Assembly: GCA_025922875.1 (NCBI GenBank)
Contig: JAICGZ010000001.1
Location: 6,541 to 70,540 of the forward strand
Reading direction: 5' to 3'
Length of the DNA stretch: 64,000 bases
Source of the DNA: Pyrinomonadaceae bacterium
Lineage (GTDB): Bacteria; Acidobacteriota; Blastocatellia; Pyrinomonadales; Pyrinomonadaceae
Both the position numbers and the translations under genes were made by a program. The notes under the pieces are model-generated. The model did not search any database and was not told the origin of the DNA. It was given only the letters and a program-made list of their open reading frames with translations. Numbering within the stretch: position 1 is the first letter of the stretch; every line of letters starts with the position of its first letter. Shown piece by piece: positions 28,540 to 37,019 of the stretch.

Positions 28540-29763
28540 TCACTGTTGTCCGCCGCCGGTGAGGACGTACTGCTTGACGTAGCGGCGCAGGTTTTCGATG
28601 TTGCTCTTTCGATAGGGACCGAAGTCCTGCACTATGCCTTCGTCAGGCAGCGCCAGCAGAATAAACGCTTCCAACAGTCCTTCTTTCTCGAGCTTTCTCA
28701 GAACTTGAATTGACGGGTCAAGCTTCTTGTCATCGACCTTTTGATTTTTTACTGCTTCAAGCGCCCCTCGCAAAGCAGCCGCTTCTTCTTTCAAACTGTG
28801 CCGGTAAGTCTTCTCGTTCGGATACTGCCTGGCAAACTCTGATTGCCAGCCGGCTCTTATAATCCCGTACATCATCCACGCCGCTGCGGCACCGCTCTTA
28901 TCGTCTTTGCCGCCGAAAATACTGGCGTCAAGCGTGATGGTTGTGTCTTTGTCCTTTCGTTTGACGTTGGTAGGAACGTCGACCTGCGGATGAGCAAGAG
29001 TGACGTGCACTTTTTGCGCCCACGCCAAAAACCCGGCGCGAGCGAGACGATTGTAAGGCTCCGCAATGAATGCTTCGACAAACTTGTCTTGTGCTTCCGT
29101 CACGCGGCCTTGTTTCATGAGTGAGTCGCCCCAGTAGCGATAAGCAGTTTCACGATCCGGATCGATCGCAATTGCACGCGCGAACCATTCGCTTGCTTTT
29201 ACCTGATCCGCAGTTTTGAAATAAACGTCTCCGGTGAAAAGTGCTGCTTCGTAAAGAGTCGGATCGAGGAGTAGCGCGCGCTGGTACATCTCGATTGCTT
29301 TCGGAAAGTTTCCGCTGGCGAAGGCGCCCTCGCCTTCACGCATTGCATCGTCGACCTCTTTTTTCATTGAGAAACTGGAGTCGTCGACGTCAACCGGCCG
29401 CTCGAGCATTACCTTCAACAGCGTGCTGTTTGCTCCGAGTTTCTGCGCGCGCAGCAGCAGTTCGCGGCCGCGCACTCGAGCTTGTTTGCGAGCCTCCGCG
29501 TCCTTGAGATACGCAGTTTGAGTCATAACCAGCAGCCCGTAAGTCTCGAATACATCCGGATCATTCGGGTAGGTGGCCGCCAACTTCTCAAACAGAGGTA
29601 ACGCCTCGGTGTTCTTCGCGTCTTTAAAAAGCTGGAAAGCGCGGCGACGCTCCTCATCGTCCTGCGCAGCGAAGACTGCGAACGAGGGAGTCAGGAGTAA
29701 GAAACCGAGTAAGAGTGTGGCGAGAATTCTGAGCGGGCGATTCAAAATATCGGAGGTTTGCAT
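28540..29763 (-). CDS. secreted TPR-repeat protein
   Basis: I moved the start to ATG 29763, which gives the signal peptide MQTSDILNRPLRILATLLLGFLLLTPSFAVFA. TPR-like AxxxY/F periodicity is visible. Confidence 0.6.
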   Translation of the reverse strand: MQTSDILNRPLRILATLLLGFLLLTPSFAVFAAQDDEERRRAFQLFKDAKNTEALPLFEKLAATYPNDPDVFETYGLLVMTQTAYLKDAEARKQARVRGRELLLRAQKLGANSTLLKVMLERPVDVDDSSFSMKKEVDDAMREGEGAFASGNFPKAIEMYQRALLLDPTLYEAALFTGDVYFKTADQVKASEWFARAIAIDPDRETAYRYWGDSLMKQGRVTEAQDKFVEAFIAEPYNRLARAGFLAWAQKVHVTLAHPQVDVPTNVKRKDKDTTITLDASIFGGKDDKSGAAAAWMMYGIIRAGWQSEFARQYPNEKTYRHSLKEEAAALRGALEAVKNQKVDDKKLDPSIQVLRKLEKEGLLEAFILLALPDEGIVQDFGPYRKSNIENLRRYVKQYVLTGGGQQ

Positions 29764-29808
29764 GCGGGAGAGTCTATGAGTGAGAGTTCTCCAAGTCAAT
29801 AAAAGCGT

Positions 29809-29841
29809 CTCCGTGGAGTGCGGCCGCCGCACTCCACGGAG
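29809..29841 (-). terminator. 16-bp-arm hairpin (MITE arm tip) followed by a T-rich tract on the minus strand
   Basis: ctccgtggagtgcggc-c-gccgcactccacggag. On the minus strand it is followed by cgcttttatt. It lies 13 nt past the stop of the yqjD-like operon. Confidence 0.6.
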
Positions 29842-29853
29842 GTGCTAGTTTTC

Positions 29854-30552
29854 CTAGGTCGGGTTGCGCTCTAGCGATGGTTCATACGCATGTGCGCCAC
29901 TCCGGGATTGATCTCGCTGACTTGAGGGAGTTTTCTGCGACCTTTCCGCATTGGGAAGATAGTCCCCAATAAAGTTTCGCAAGGATGTAATCAGGGCCGG
30001 CAAGACCACCGTCTTGGCGGTGTTCGATAACTCCTTCACTACCGCGTCGCCGATATTCCCCGCTTCCTCTTTAACTTTCTCAAAGGCGGGCGTGTTAGCT
30101 ACTTTCTGGAAGAAGCCTGGCCCTTCATCGTGCGTCCCGTTTCCGTGTCTTGACCGCGTGCCTGCTTGCGGCTCCATCGCAGCCGCCGAGGCGCTTCCCA
30201 GCATCGCCTGTGAAGAATAGTATTTCGATTCTTCGCCGAAACGATCGATCGCTGACGAATAATCGTAGCGCTCATCGCCCTTGACGAAAGATGCAACACA
30301 GTAGCCAACGCAGAAACCAACTCCCATTGCGCCGGCGCTCCAGACCACAGGTCGTTTCTTGAACTGCTCACGCCAGTCAAGCGTGTCTTTAACTGCCTGC
30401 ACTTGATTTGCCACTGTTTCTTTTATCTCCGTAACCGTATTTGATATTGAATCTCGGGCTTCGCCGAGGCGCCGCTGAAGTTCCTCTTTGGAAGGCTCCT
30501 CAGTGGTGGTTTCATGAGCGCGAGCCACTCCTAGAGTTCGTTCTTCAGCCAT
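29854..30552 (-). CDS. hypothetical membrane protein, N-terminal half DUF883/YqjD-like
   Basis: 232 aa with one TM (VVWSAGAMGVGFCVGYCVASFV) following a coiled hydrophilic region. It is the third gene of the operon. Confidence 0.5.
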   Translation of the reverse strand: MAEERTLGVARAHETTTEEPSKEELQRRLGEARDSISNTVTEIKETVANQVQAVKDTLDWREQFKKRPVVWSAGAMGVGFCVGYCVASFVKGDERYDYSSAIDRFGEESKYYSSQAMLGSASAAAMEPQAGTRSRHGNGTHDEGPGFFQKVANTPAFEKVKEEAGNIGDAVVKELSNTAKTVVLPALITSLRNFIGDYLPNAERSQKTPSSQRDQSRSGAHAYEPSLERNPT

Positions 30553-30995
30553 TGTTTATCCTTTCTCAGTTCTGCAACTGTCCTTTGAGGTACCAGGTCC
30601 TGCTTGGCCAAACGGTTCTTCATCAGCAACACCAGAATGCCGCCTACTAAAAGGTAGAAGGCACCGGTTACGACAAAACCTAAAGCAAAGCTGGCAGGCT
30701 GGCTAAAGTTTGCCTGCGCGAACAGGGTCGAGACAGCGAAAGCTATCGCCACATTCAGCAGTGCAAACCCAACCACTGCGATTACGGCGCCGACCGCGAT
30801 CATGGTGACCCCACGAGCGTAGGCGCTGGCCTCCTCCTTGATCTCCACTTTGAATAACGCGAGCTGAGAATTGAAGAGATCCATCACGTCATCGCCCAGA
30901 CGACTGAAGAGAGTTGGCAGGCTCTCAGTATCAGTGCGTGTTGCTATCTCATCAGCTCTTCCATTCTTCGTCAGACTCGTTTTTGGTGCCGCCAT
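30531..30995 (-). CDS. DUF1469 / holin-X (YqjE-like) membrane protein
   Basis: The LFxxQLALFKVEIKEE motif is followed by two TM segments. This is the typical partner of DUF883 genes. Confidence 0.6.
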   Translation of the reverse strand: MAAPKTSLTKNGRADEIATRTDTESLPTLFSRLGDDVMDLFNSQLALFKVEIKEEASAYARGVTMIAVGAVIAVVGFALLNVAIAFAVSTLFAQANFSQPASFALGFVVTGAFYLLVGGILVLLMKNRLAKQDLVPQRTVAELRKDKQWLKNEL

Positions 30996-31034
30996 GTTGG
31001 TTCACCCCCTGTCCGTTTGTGGTTGGTGACCGGC

Positions 31035-31445
31035 TTAGCGCCGGCCCCGAATAATCAAACCGAGCAACATACCCACCGCTGCCGAGATGAGCAGTGCCTG
31101 GCCTGGTTTTTGACGAGCATATTGCTTGGCGTTTTCGGCGAGTTCGCCGAGGTCCGCATTCTGCAACTCCTTAAACTTTTCGCCTACGACGGAAACCTTG
31201 TCGCTGACATAGTCCTTAGCCTGGGTCGCAACTTCAGAAACTTTCTGACCGTAGTCTCTAGCTGTTTGCGATAGTGCGGTCGCGGTTCCAGTTCCTGCTG
31301 TTCCAGTATTTCCAGTTGCTCCAGTTGTTCCGGTTGTTCCAGGGGTTCCGGTCGTTCCATGGGTGCCGGCTCCGGTTGTGCCGGTTGTGCCGGTGGTTCC
31401 GGTGGTTCCGGTTGTACCCTCGTTGAAATTTTTATTTTCAGCCAT
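31035..31445 (-). CDS. DUF883 (ElaB/YqjD-like) tail-anchored stress protein with an N-terminal Gly-Thr-Thr repeat tract
   Basis: The C-terminus reads KPGQALLISAAVGMLLGLIIRGRR. Residues ~10-58 are (GTT)n-like. Confidence 0.65.
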   Translation of the reverse strand: MAENKNFNEGTTGTTGTTGTTGTTGAGTHGTTGTPGTTGTTGATGNTGTAGTGTATALSQTARDYGQKVSEVATQAKDYVSDKVSVVGEKFKELQNADLGELAENAKQYARQKPGQALLISAAVGMLLGLIIRGRR

Positions 31446-31719
31446 GTCGAAATACTCCTTCTTAAAATCGGAATTGGGATTGGGCTAGCGAATAAATCGA
31501 GCAAGATTTGTGCCGACAAAATTACGAAAAAAGTTGCCTTTCTGCTCACATCCTTGTTGCGAAAAAGTACGGCAGGGTACGAAAAGCCAGCAAAGAGATC
31601 GAGATTCGTACAACCGTTTCACAGGATGTACATGATTGATCAAGATGAACATGTAACTCCTGCTCCATCCTGTGAATCCTGGAAAAATGCCTTCTTGACA
31701 ACGCCTGTCTCGGGGTGGT

Positions 31720-31735
31720 AAGTAAGTACTTACTT
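31720..31735. promoter_or_regulatory. perfect 16-bp palindrome AAGTAAGTACTTACTT (TetR operator candidate)
   Basis: It lies ~40 nt upstream of the TetR start and 19 nt downstream of a TTGACA box (31695-31700), so it overlaps the expected -10 region. Confidence 0.5.
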
Positions 31736-31776
31736 TGCAGGTAGGAAGGGAATAAGAAGCAGAATTGAGTAAGCAG

Positions 31777-32424
31777 ATGACAGTTGAGGGCGTGACCAGC
31801 GCCCGAATGGCCGGCGAAGAACGCCGGCTTCAGATTCTGAGCGTGGCTGTAAGCCTGTTTTCCGAAAGAGGCTTTCGGGGAACAACGACCAAGGAAATCG
31901 CCCAGGCCGCTGGGGTCTCCGAGGCGATGGTCTTTCGACATTTCGCCACCAAAGAAGAACTGTATGCCGCCATCCTCGATCACAAGGCCTGCGCAAGCGG
32001 CAAGTTTGAGCCGGCGGAGATGGCTGCCGACGCCATCAAGCGCAAAGACGATCGGGCTGTCTTCGAGTCGCTTGCTCTCGGAGCTCTCAACCACCACGAG
32101 AAGGATCCGGAGTTTCAACGGTTGCTGCTCCACTCAGCACTCGAAAAGCACGAGCTTGCGCAAATGTTCTTCGATGAGTTTGTTCGTCGAGTTTATGAAT
32201 TTCTTGGCAGCTACATCCGCGAGCGTCAACGCGAAGGCGCACTGATCGAAATCGATCCCGCCATCGTAGTGCGTAGCTTCATCGGCATGGTGATGCACCA
32301 CTCGCTCAACAACAATCTGTGGGACCCGAAACGTCGTTTGCTGAACATCTCCAACGAGAGCGCGGCAAAACATTTCACTAACATTCTTTTGAACGGCATT
32401 ACTGCGAAGACAACCAATAGTTAA
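31777..32424 (+). CDS. TetR/AcrR family transcriptional regulator of the adjacent efflux operon
   Basis: The HTH reads FRGTTTKEIAQAAGVSEAMVFRHF. The start is uncertain: the track start at 31765 is TTG, with ATG candidates at 31777 and 31807. Confidence 0.8.
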   Translation: MTVEGVTSARMAGEERRLQILSVAVSLFSERGFRGTTTKEIAQAAGVSEAMVFRHFATKEELYAAILDHKACASGKFEPAEMAADAIKRKDDRAVFESLALGALNHHEKDPEFQRLLLHSALEKHELAQMFFDEFVRRVYEFLGSYIRERQREGALIEIDPAIVVRSFIGMVMHHSLNNNLWDPKRRLLNISNESAAKHFTNILLNGITAKTTNS

Positions 32425-32429
32425 AAGAT

Positions 32430-33683
32430 ATGCGACCCAAAGGGAAATTAAAGCTTACGGCTCTGATTCTGCTGCTCCTCGTCGCCAGCGTGTTCGTGGC
32501 GTCGTGTGGTGGCTCCAGGGCCAACGTCAAAAAAGAGGAACCAGCCGCGCAACCCGTCGCGGTGGACGTCACGACTGCGGCAGCAATTCAGCGCGACCTG
32601 CCGCGCTTCTTTGAAGCGACTGGCAGCCTTGCGGGTGACCAGCAAACCGACGTGGCGCCCCAAACCGCTGGCAAGGTCGTCGCCGTGGGTGTCGAGATCG
32701 GCACTCCGGTCAAACGTGGTCAGGTACTGGTGCGTCTCGACGAGGCGGAGTTGAAGCTTCGCGTTGAACAAGCGGCGACACAAGTCGAGCAAGCGAAGGC
32801 TGCGGTTCGGCAGGCGGAAGAAAGAATCGGTTTGCGTCCGGGCCAGGCTTTTGATCCCCATCGCGTGGCGGAGGTGTCGGCCGCAAGAGTAACACTCGAT
32901 CTCGCTGAGAAGAATCTGCGACGCGCGGAGAAACTGATCGAATCCGGCGACGTGTCGCGTTCTTTCTACGACGAACAGCGCGCCCGGCGCGATCAGTTGA
33001 AGGAGCAGTTCGACGTCGCGTTGGCCCAGGCGCGCCAGAACTACGCAGCGGTTGAAGTGGCGCGCACAAACGTTGCGAACGCCGAGTCGCAGTTAGCACT
33101 CGCCCGCAAGAATCTTTCTTACGCGGTTATCCCGTCGCCAATCGATGGGTTTGTGTCGGAAAGGACTGCGGATCTCGGTGAGTACGTTTCACCGCAGCAA
33201 AAAGTGGCGACGATCGTTCGCACAAACCCATTACGCATTCGCATCGATATTCCCGAGCATGCAATTCCGGAAGTGCGTGTCGGACAGTCAGTGTCGATCA
33301 CGACCAGCGCGTGGCCTGACAGGAATTTCGCAGGGCGCGTGGCCCGCATCGCTCCGAACGTATCTGCAACTTCACGCACGCTGACAGTTGAAGCTGAGGT
33401 CGAGAACAGCAGCGGCGCATTGAAGCCGGGCCAGTTCGCCACCGTGCGGATTCTACAGGAGCGAGCAGAACCGGCGGTGCTCATTCCCGCGCGTGCTGTC
33501 GTGACCGAGGCAGGCGTGAGCCGTGCGTTTGTGATCAGGGACGGCCGCGCCGAGCAACGTCTCGTGCAGACGGGTCAGACCGAAGGCGACTTGATCGAAG
33601 TGAAATCGGGTGTGGCCGCGGATGAGCAGGTCGCGACGAGCAACCTCGAACAATTGAGCGATGGGATCGCTGTAAAGCAATAG
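32430..33683 (+). CDS. efflux RND transporter periplasmic adaptor (MFP)
   Basis: A lipoprotein-like N-terminus (FVASCGG) is present, followed by a coiled-coil hairpin and beta-barrel regions. Confidence 0.85.
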   Translation: MRPKGKLKLTALILLLLVASVFVASCGGSRANVKKEEPAAQPVAVDVTTAAAIQRDLPRFFEATGSLAGDQQTDVAPQTAGKVVAVGVEIGTPVKRGQVLVRLDEAELKLRVEQAATQVEQAKAAVRQAEERIGLRPGQAFDPHRVAEVSAARVTLDLAEKNLRRAEKLIESGDVSRSFYDEQRARRDQLKEQFDVALAQARQNYAAVEVARTNVANAESQLALARKNLSYAVIPSPIDGFVSERTADLGEYVSPQQKVATIVRTNPLRIRIDIPEHAIPEVRVGQSVSITTSAWPDRNFAGRVARIAPNVSATSRTLTVEAEVENSSGALKPGQFATVRILQERAEPAVLIPARAVVTEAGVSRAFVIRDGRAEQRLVQTGQTEGDLIEVKSGVAADEQVATSNLEQLSDGIAVKQ

Positions 33684-33713
33684 CCACAAAGAAGCACAAG
33701 AAGCACAAAAGAA

Positions 33714-36700
33714 ATGCAGAAACTTGCTGAAATCTGTGTACGCCGTCCAGTTTTTGCGACGATGCTGATCCTCAGTCTGACTGTCGTCGGGCTGTTCTCC
33801 TACAGGTCGCTGGGCGTCGATCTTTTTCCAAAGATCGATTTGCCGACTATCACTGTAACTGTGGTGAACCCCGGCGCGTCGCCGCAGGAAATCGAAACTG
33901 AAATTACTGATCTTGTTGAAGGCGCCGTCAACACCATCGCGGGAATCGATGAACTTCGCTCGACCTCGGTCGAAGGTGTTTCTCAGGTCTTCATAACTTT
34001 TCTTCTCGAAAAGAACCCTGACGTTGCCGCGCAGGAAGTCAGAAACAAGGTCGATCTGATCGTCAACGATCTTCCGCTTACCGCGGAACAACCCATCGTG
34101 CAAAAGCTAGATACGGACGCGGCGCCCGTGGTCCGCATCGCGGTGTCGGCCCCACGCTCGCTCCGTGAAGTCACAGATGTTGCCGACAACAAAATCAAGC
34201 AGCAGATCGAATCGATAAACGGTGTCGGCGACGTGCAGATCGTCGGCGGTCGCCGGCGAGAGATTCAGATCTGGGTTGACCCTGACAAGATGCGCGCCTT
34301 CAACGTGACGGTGGCGCAGGTCGCCGACGCTGTGCGCGCACAGAACATGGAAGTGCCGGGTGGTCGTATTGAGGAAGGTACACGCGAGTTGACGGTGCGC
34401 ACGATGGGTCGAATTATTCAGCCCTCTGAATTCAATAACCTCGTCGTCGCGAATCGCGATACTTACTCGGTAAAACTCAGTGACATCGGTTACGCAGAAG
34501 ACGGCGCGGAAGAGGCGAGAACCGAGGCACGCTTGAACGGCCAGCCGGCGGTGACTTTGATTGTTTCCAAACAGTCAGGTGAGAACACTGTCGCTGTTGC
34601 CGATGCGGTCAAGCAGCGTCTGCAGGAGATTAGCAACACGCTGCCACCGGGTTTCAAAACTGAGGTTGTAGGCGACCAATCGATCTTCATCAAAGCGTCA
34701 CTTAATGCGATTCAGACACACCTGGTCGAAGGCAGTATCCTGGCCGCGATCGTAGTCTTCGTCTTTCTGTGGAGTTTTCGTTCGACGCTCATCGCAGGCC
34801 TTGCGATTCCGACGTCGATCGTCGCTACCTTCGGTTTGATGGCAGCGATGGGTTTTACTCTCAACAACATCACAATGCTGGCGTTGACGTTGATGGTGGG
34901 TATCGTGATCGACGACGCAATCGTGGTGCTCGAAAACATCTTTCGCTTCATCGAAGAGAAAGGTGTGCCGCCATTTCAGGCTGCGATTGACGGAACGAAG
35001 GAGATCGGTCTGGCCGTCATGGCCACGACGCTCTCTCTGCTCGCCGTGTTCCTGCCCGTCGGCTTCATGGGCGGAATCGTTGGCCGGTTCATGTCGTCGT
35101 TTGGGCTGACGTCGTCGTTTGCAATCGCCGTGTCGCTGCTGGTGTCGTTTACGTTGACGCCAATGTTGGCGGCGCGATTGATCAAGCGCAAAGCAGATAA
35201 AAAAGAACTCTCTCTCGAAAAGAGCACCGAACGCGCCAGTCATGATTCGAAAGAATCGCGTTTTTATCGTCCTATCGATCGCACGTATACGAAGATGCTG
35301 GGGTGGTCCATGAACCACCGTTGGGCCATCGTGCTTGCCTGTGTGCTCGTGATCGTAAGCATCGTGCCGCTTTTCATGTTCGTCGGAAAGAACTTCCTGC
35401 CCGTTGACGATCAATCTCAGTTTGAAATCAACGTGCGGGCGCCTGAGGGCTTTTCGCTTCCGGCCACGTCGACTTTGGCTGAACGCATCGCGGTGGATCT
35501 GCGCAGTCTCCCCGGCGTGACTGACACGTTGACCACGATCGGTGGGGGCCAGCAGGAACAGGTCAACGTCGCTTCCATCTACGTAAAGATGACACCGATC
35601 GAGGAGCGGAACGTCTCGCAGGAAAACGTGATGGTCCGTGCGCGTACGGAAGTTCTTGGTAAGTACGCAAAACTCTATCCCGGGCAATTACGCACGAGCG
35701 TGCAGCAGGTCGCCGCGATCTCCGGCGGCGGCTTCCGCAACTCCGATATCCAGTATGTGATTGGCGGGCCGGATCTGAAGAAACTGACAGAGTATTCAGA
35801 CGCGCTGCTGGAGAAGATGAAGACCATTCCTGACGTGGTCGATGCTGATTCAACTCTAATCAGCGGAAAACCGGAATTGCGAGTTGTTATCGATCGCGCG
35901 CGCGCCGCCGATCTCGGCGTCAGAGTCGGTGATATCGCCCAGGCGCTTAACTCCCTCGTCGCGGGACAAAAAGTATCGACGTTCAACGCCGGTACCGATC
36001 AGTACGACGTGCGAGTGCGCTCGGTGGGAGAGTTTCGTACGAGTGCCGAAGGTTTGAAGAGAATGATCGTATCGTCGACCAAAGTCGGTTGGGTCAGTCT
36101 CGACAACCTTGTGCGCATTAACGAGGGAACCGGGCCTGCTGCGATCGATCGTTTGAACCGGCAGCGGCAGGTGATGTTGCTGGCCAACATCAGGCCGGGA
36201 GGTTCGCAGGCGGCGGTCATCCAGCAGTTGGACCAGTTTGCGAGGGAAATCCAGATCGATCCTTCTTACTCGACGGGACTGGCGGGTCGCTCGAAGGAGC
36301 TCGGCCGGGCCGGCTATTACTTCGGACTGGCGTTCCTGCTGTCGTTTGTATTCATGTACATGGTGCTCGCGGCGCAGTTTGAGTCGTTCATTCACCCGGT
36401 GACGATTCTGTTGACATTACCGCTCGCGGTTCCGTTCGGCATTCTTTCGTTACTGATGACCGGCCAGACGGTGAACATCTTTTCCGGACTCGGGTTGTTG
36501 CTGCTGTTCGGTGTGGTCAAGAAGAACGCGATCTTGCAGATCGATCACACGAATCAATTGCGCGCGCGCGGCATGGAACGGTACGAGGCGATCATTCGCG
36601 CGAACCGAGACCGGTTGCGCCCGATCCTGATGACGACGATCGCGCTCGTGGCGGGCATGTTGCCGTTGACGATCTCGACTGGTCCAGGTTCGGGTACCAA

Positions 36701-36914
36701 TAGATCCATCGGCGTGCTGGTCGTGGGCGGACAGACGCTCTGCTTGCTGCTGACGCTGCTGGCGGTGCCGGTCTTTTACTCACTGTTCGACGACCTGGCG
36801 AGAAGTCGTGTTTGGGGTCAGATGAGAGCAGGAGTAAACGGAGTCTTCGGTCGCGTGCGTCGCCGGGCAGCGAGCACCGCCGCGTCGCTGTTTGGTTTGA
36901 TTTCGAAGCAATGA
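33714..36914 (+). CDS. efflux RND transporter permease (AcrB/HAE1-like)
   Basis: 1066 aa with 12 TM segments and two large periplasmic loops. The N-terminus is CVRRPVFATMLILSL. Confidence 0.9.
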   Translation: MQKLAEICVRRPVFATMLILSLTVVGLFSYRSLGVDLFPKIDLPTITVTVVNPGASPQEIETEITDLVEGAVNTIAGIDELRSTSVEGVSQVFITFLLEKNPDVAAQEVRNKVDLIVNDLPLTAEQPIVQKLDTDAAPVVRIAVSAPRSLREVTDVADNKIKQQIESINGVGDVQIVGGRRREIQIWVDPDKMRAFNVTVAQVADAVRAQNMEVPGGRIEEGTRELTVRTMGRIIQPSEFNNLVVANRDTYSVKLSDIGYAEDGAEEARTEARLNGQPAVTLIVSKQSGENTVAVADAVKQRLQEISNTLPPGFKTEVVGDQSIFIKASLNAIQTHLVEGSILAAIVVFVFLWSFRSTLIAGLAIPTSIVATFGLMAAMGFTLNNITMLALTLMVGIVIDDAIVVLENIFRFIEEKGVPPFQAAIDGTKEIGLAVMATTLSLLAVFLPVGFMGGIVGRFMSSFGLTSSFAIAVSLLVSFTLTPMLAARLIKRKADKKELSLEKSTERASHDSKESRFYRPIDRTYTKMLGWSMNHRWAIVLACVLVIVSIVPLFMFVGKNFLPVDDQSQFEINVRAPEGFSLPATSTLAERIAVDLRSLPGVTDTLTTIGGGQQEQVNVASIYVKMTPIEERNVSQENVMVRARTEVLGKYAKLYPGQLRTSVQQVAAISGGGFRNSDIQYVIGGPDLKKLTEYSDALLEKMKTIPDVVDADSTLISGKPELRVVIDRARAADLGVRVGDIAQALNSLVAGQKVSTFNAGTDQYDVRVRSVGEFRTSAEGLKRMIVSSTKVGWVSLDNLVRINEGTGPAAIDRLNRQRQVMLLANIRPGGSQAAVIQQLDQFAREIQIDPSYSTGLAGRSKELGRAGYYFGLAFLLSFVFMYMVLAAQFESFIHPVTILLTLPLAVPFGILSLLMTGQTVNIFSGLGLLLLFGVVKKNAILQIDHTNQLRARGMERYEAIIRANRDRLRPILMTTIALVAGMLPLTISTGPGSGTNRSIGVLVVGGQTLCLLLTLLAVPVFYSLFDDLARSRVWGQMRAGVNGVFGRVRRRAASTAASLFGLISKQ

Positions 36915-36924
36915 GGAAGTTTTT

Positions 36925-36999
36925 TCGCGCAAAGGCGCAAAGGGAGCAAAGAAGAGATAGCAATTAGAAATCCTTTGCTTCCTTTGCGCCTTTGCGCGA
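36925..36999. repeat. CGCAAAGGCGCAAAGG-family palindromic hairpin element, copy 3 (inside the efflux operon)
   Basis: tcgcgcaaaggcgcaaagggagcaaag...ctttgcttcctttgcgcctttgcgcga. It lies between the RND stop (36914) and the OMF start (37020). Confidence 0.85.
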
Positions 37000-37019
37000 G
37001 AACTAGTTAAGGAAAAGCA

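Noticed and set aside
29854-31445. The holin-X (DUF1469) gene as a sign of a prophage lysis cassette
   Set aside because: There is no endolysin, spanin or other phage gene nearby. The gene sits in the conserved DUF883-DUF1469 (yqjD/yqjE-type) stress operon context.
34698-35687. Long antisense or overlapping ORFs, for example 34698..35687 (329 aa), 45384..46061, 45596..46222, 46275..46979, 31546..32133, 35856..36395, 38175..38717, 48369..48968, 57886..58572, 18236..18886 and 19689..20324
   Set aside because: All lie opposite to, or out of frame with, strongly supported genes (RND pump, selB, TolC, GH5, CoA ligase, ECH, boxB). They have Arg/His/Ser-rich, low-complexity compositions typical of GC-rich antisense frames.
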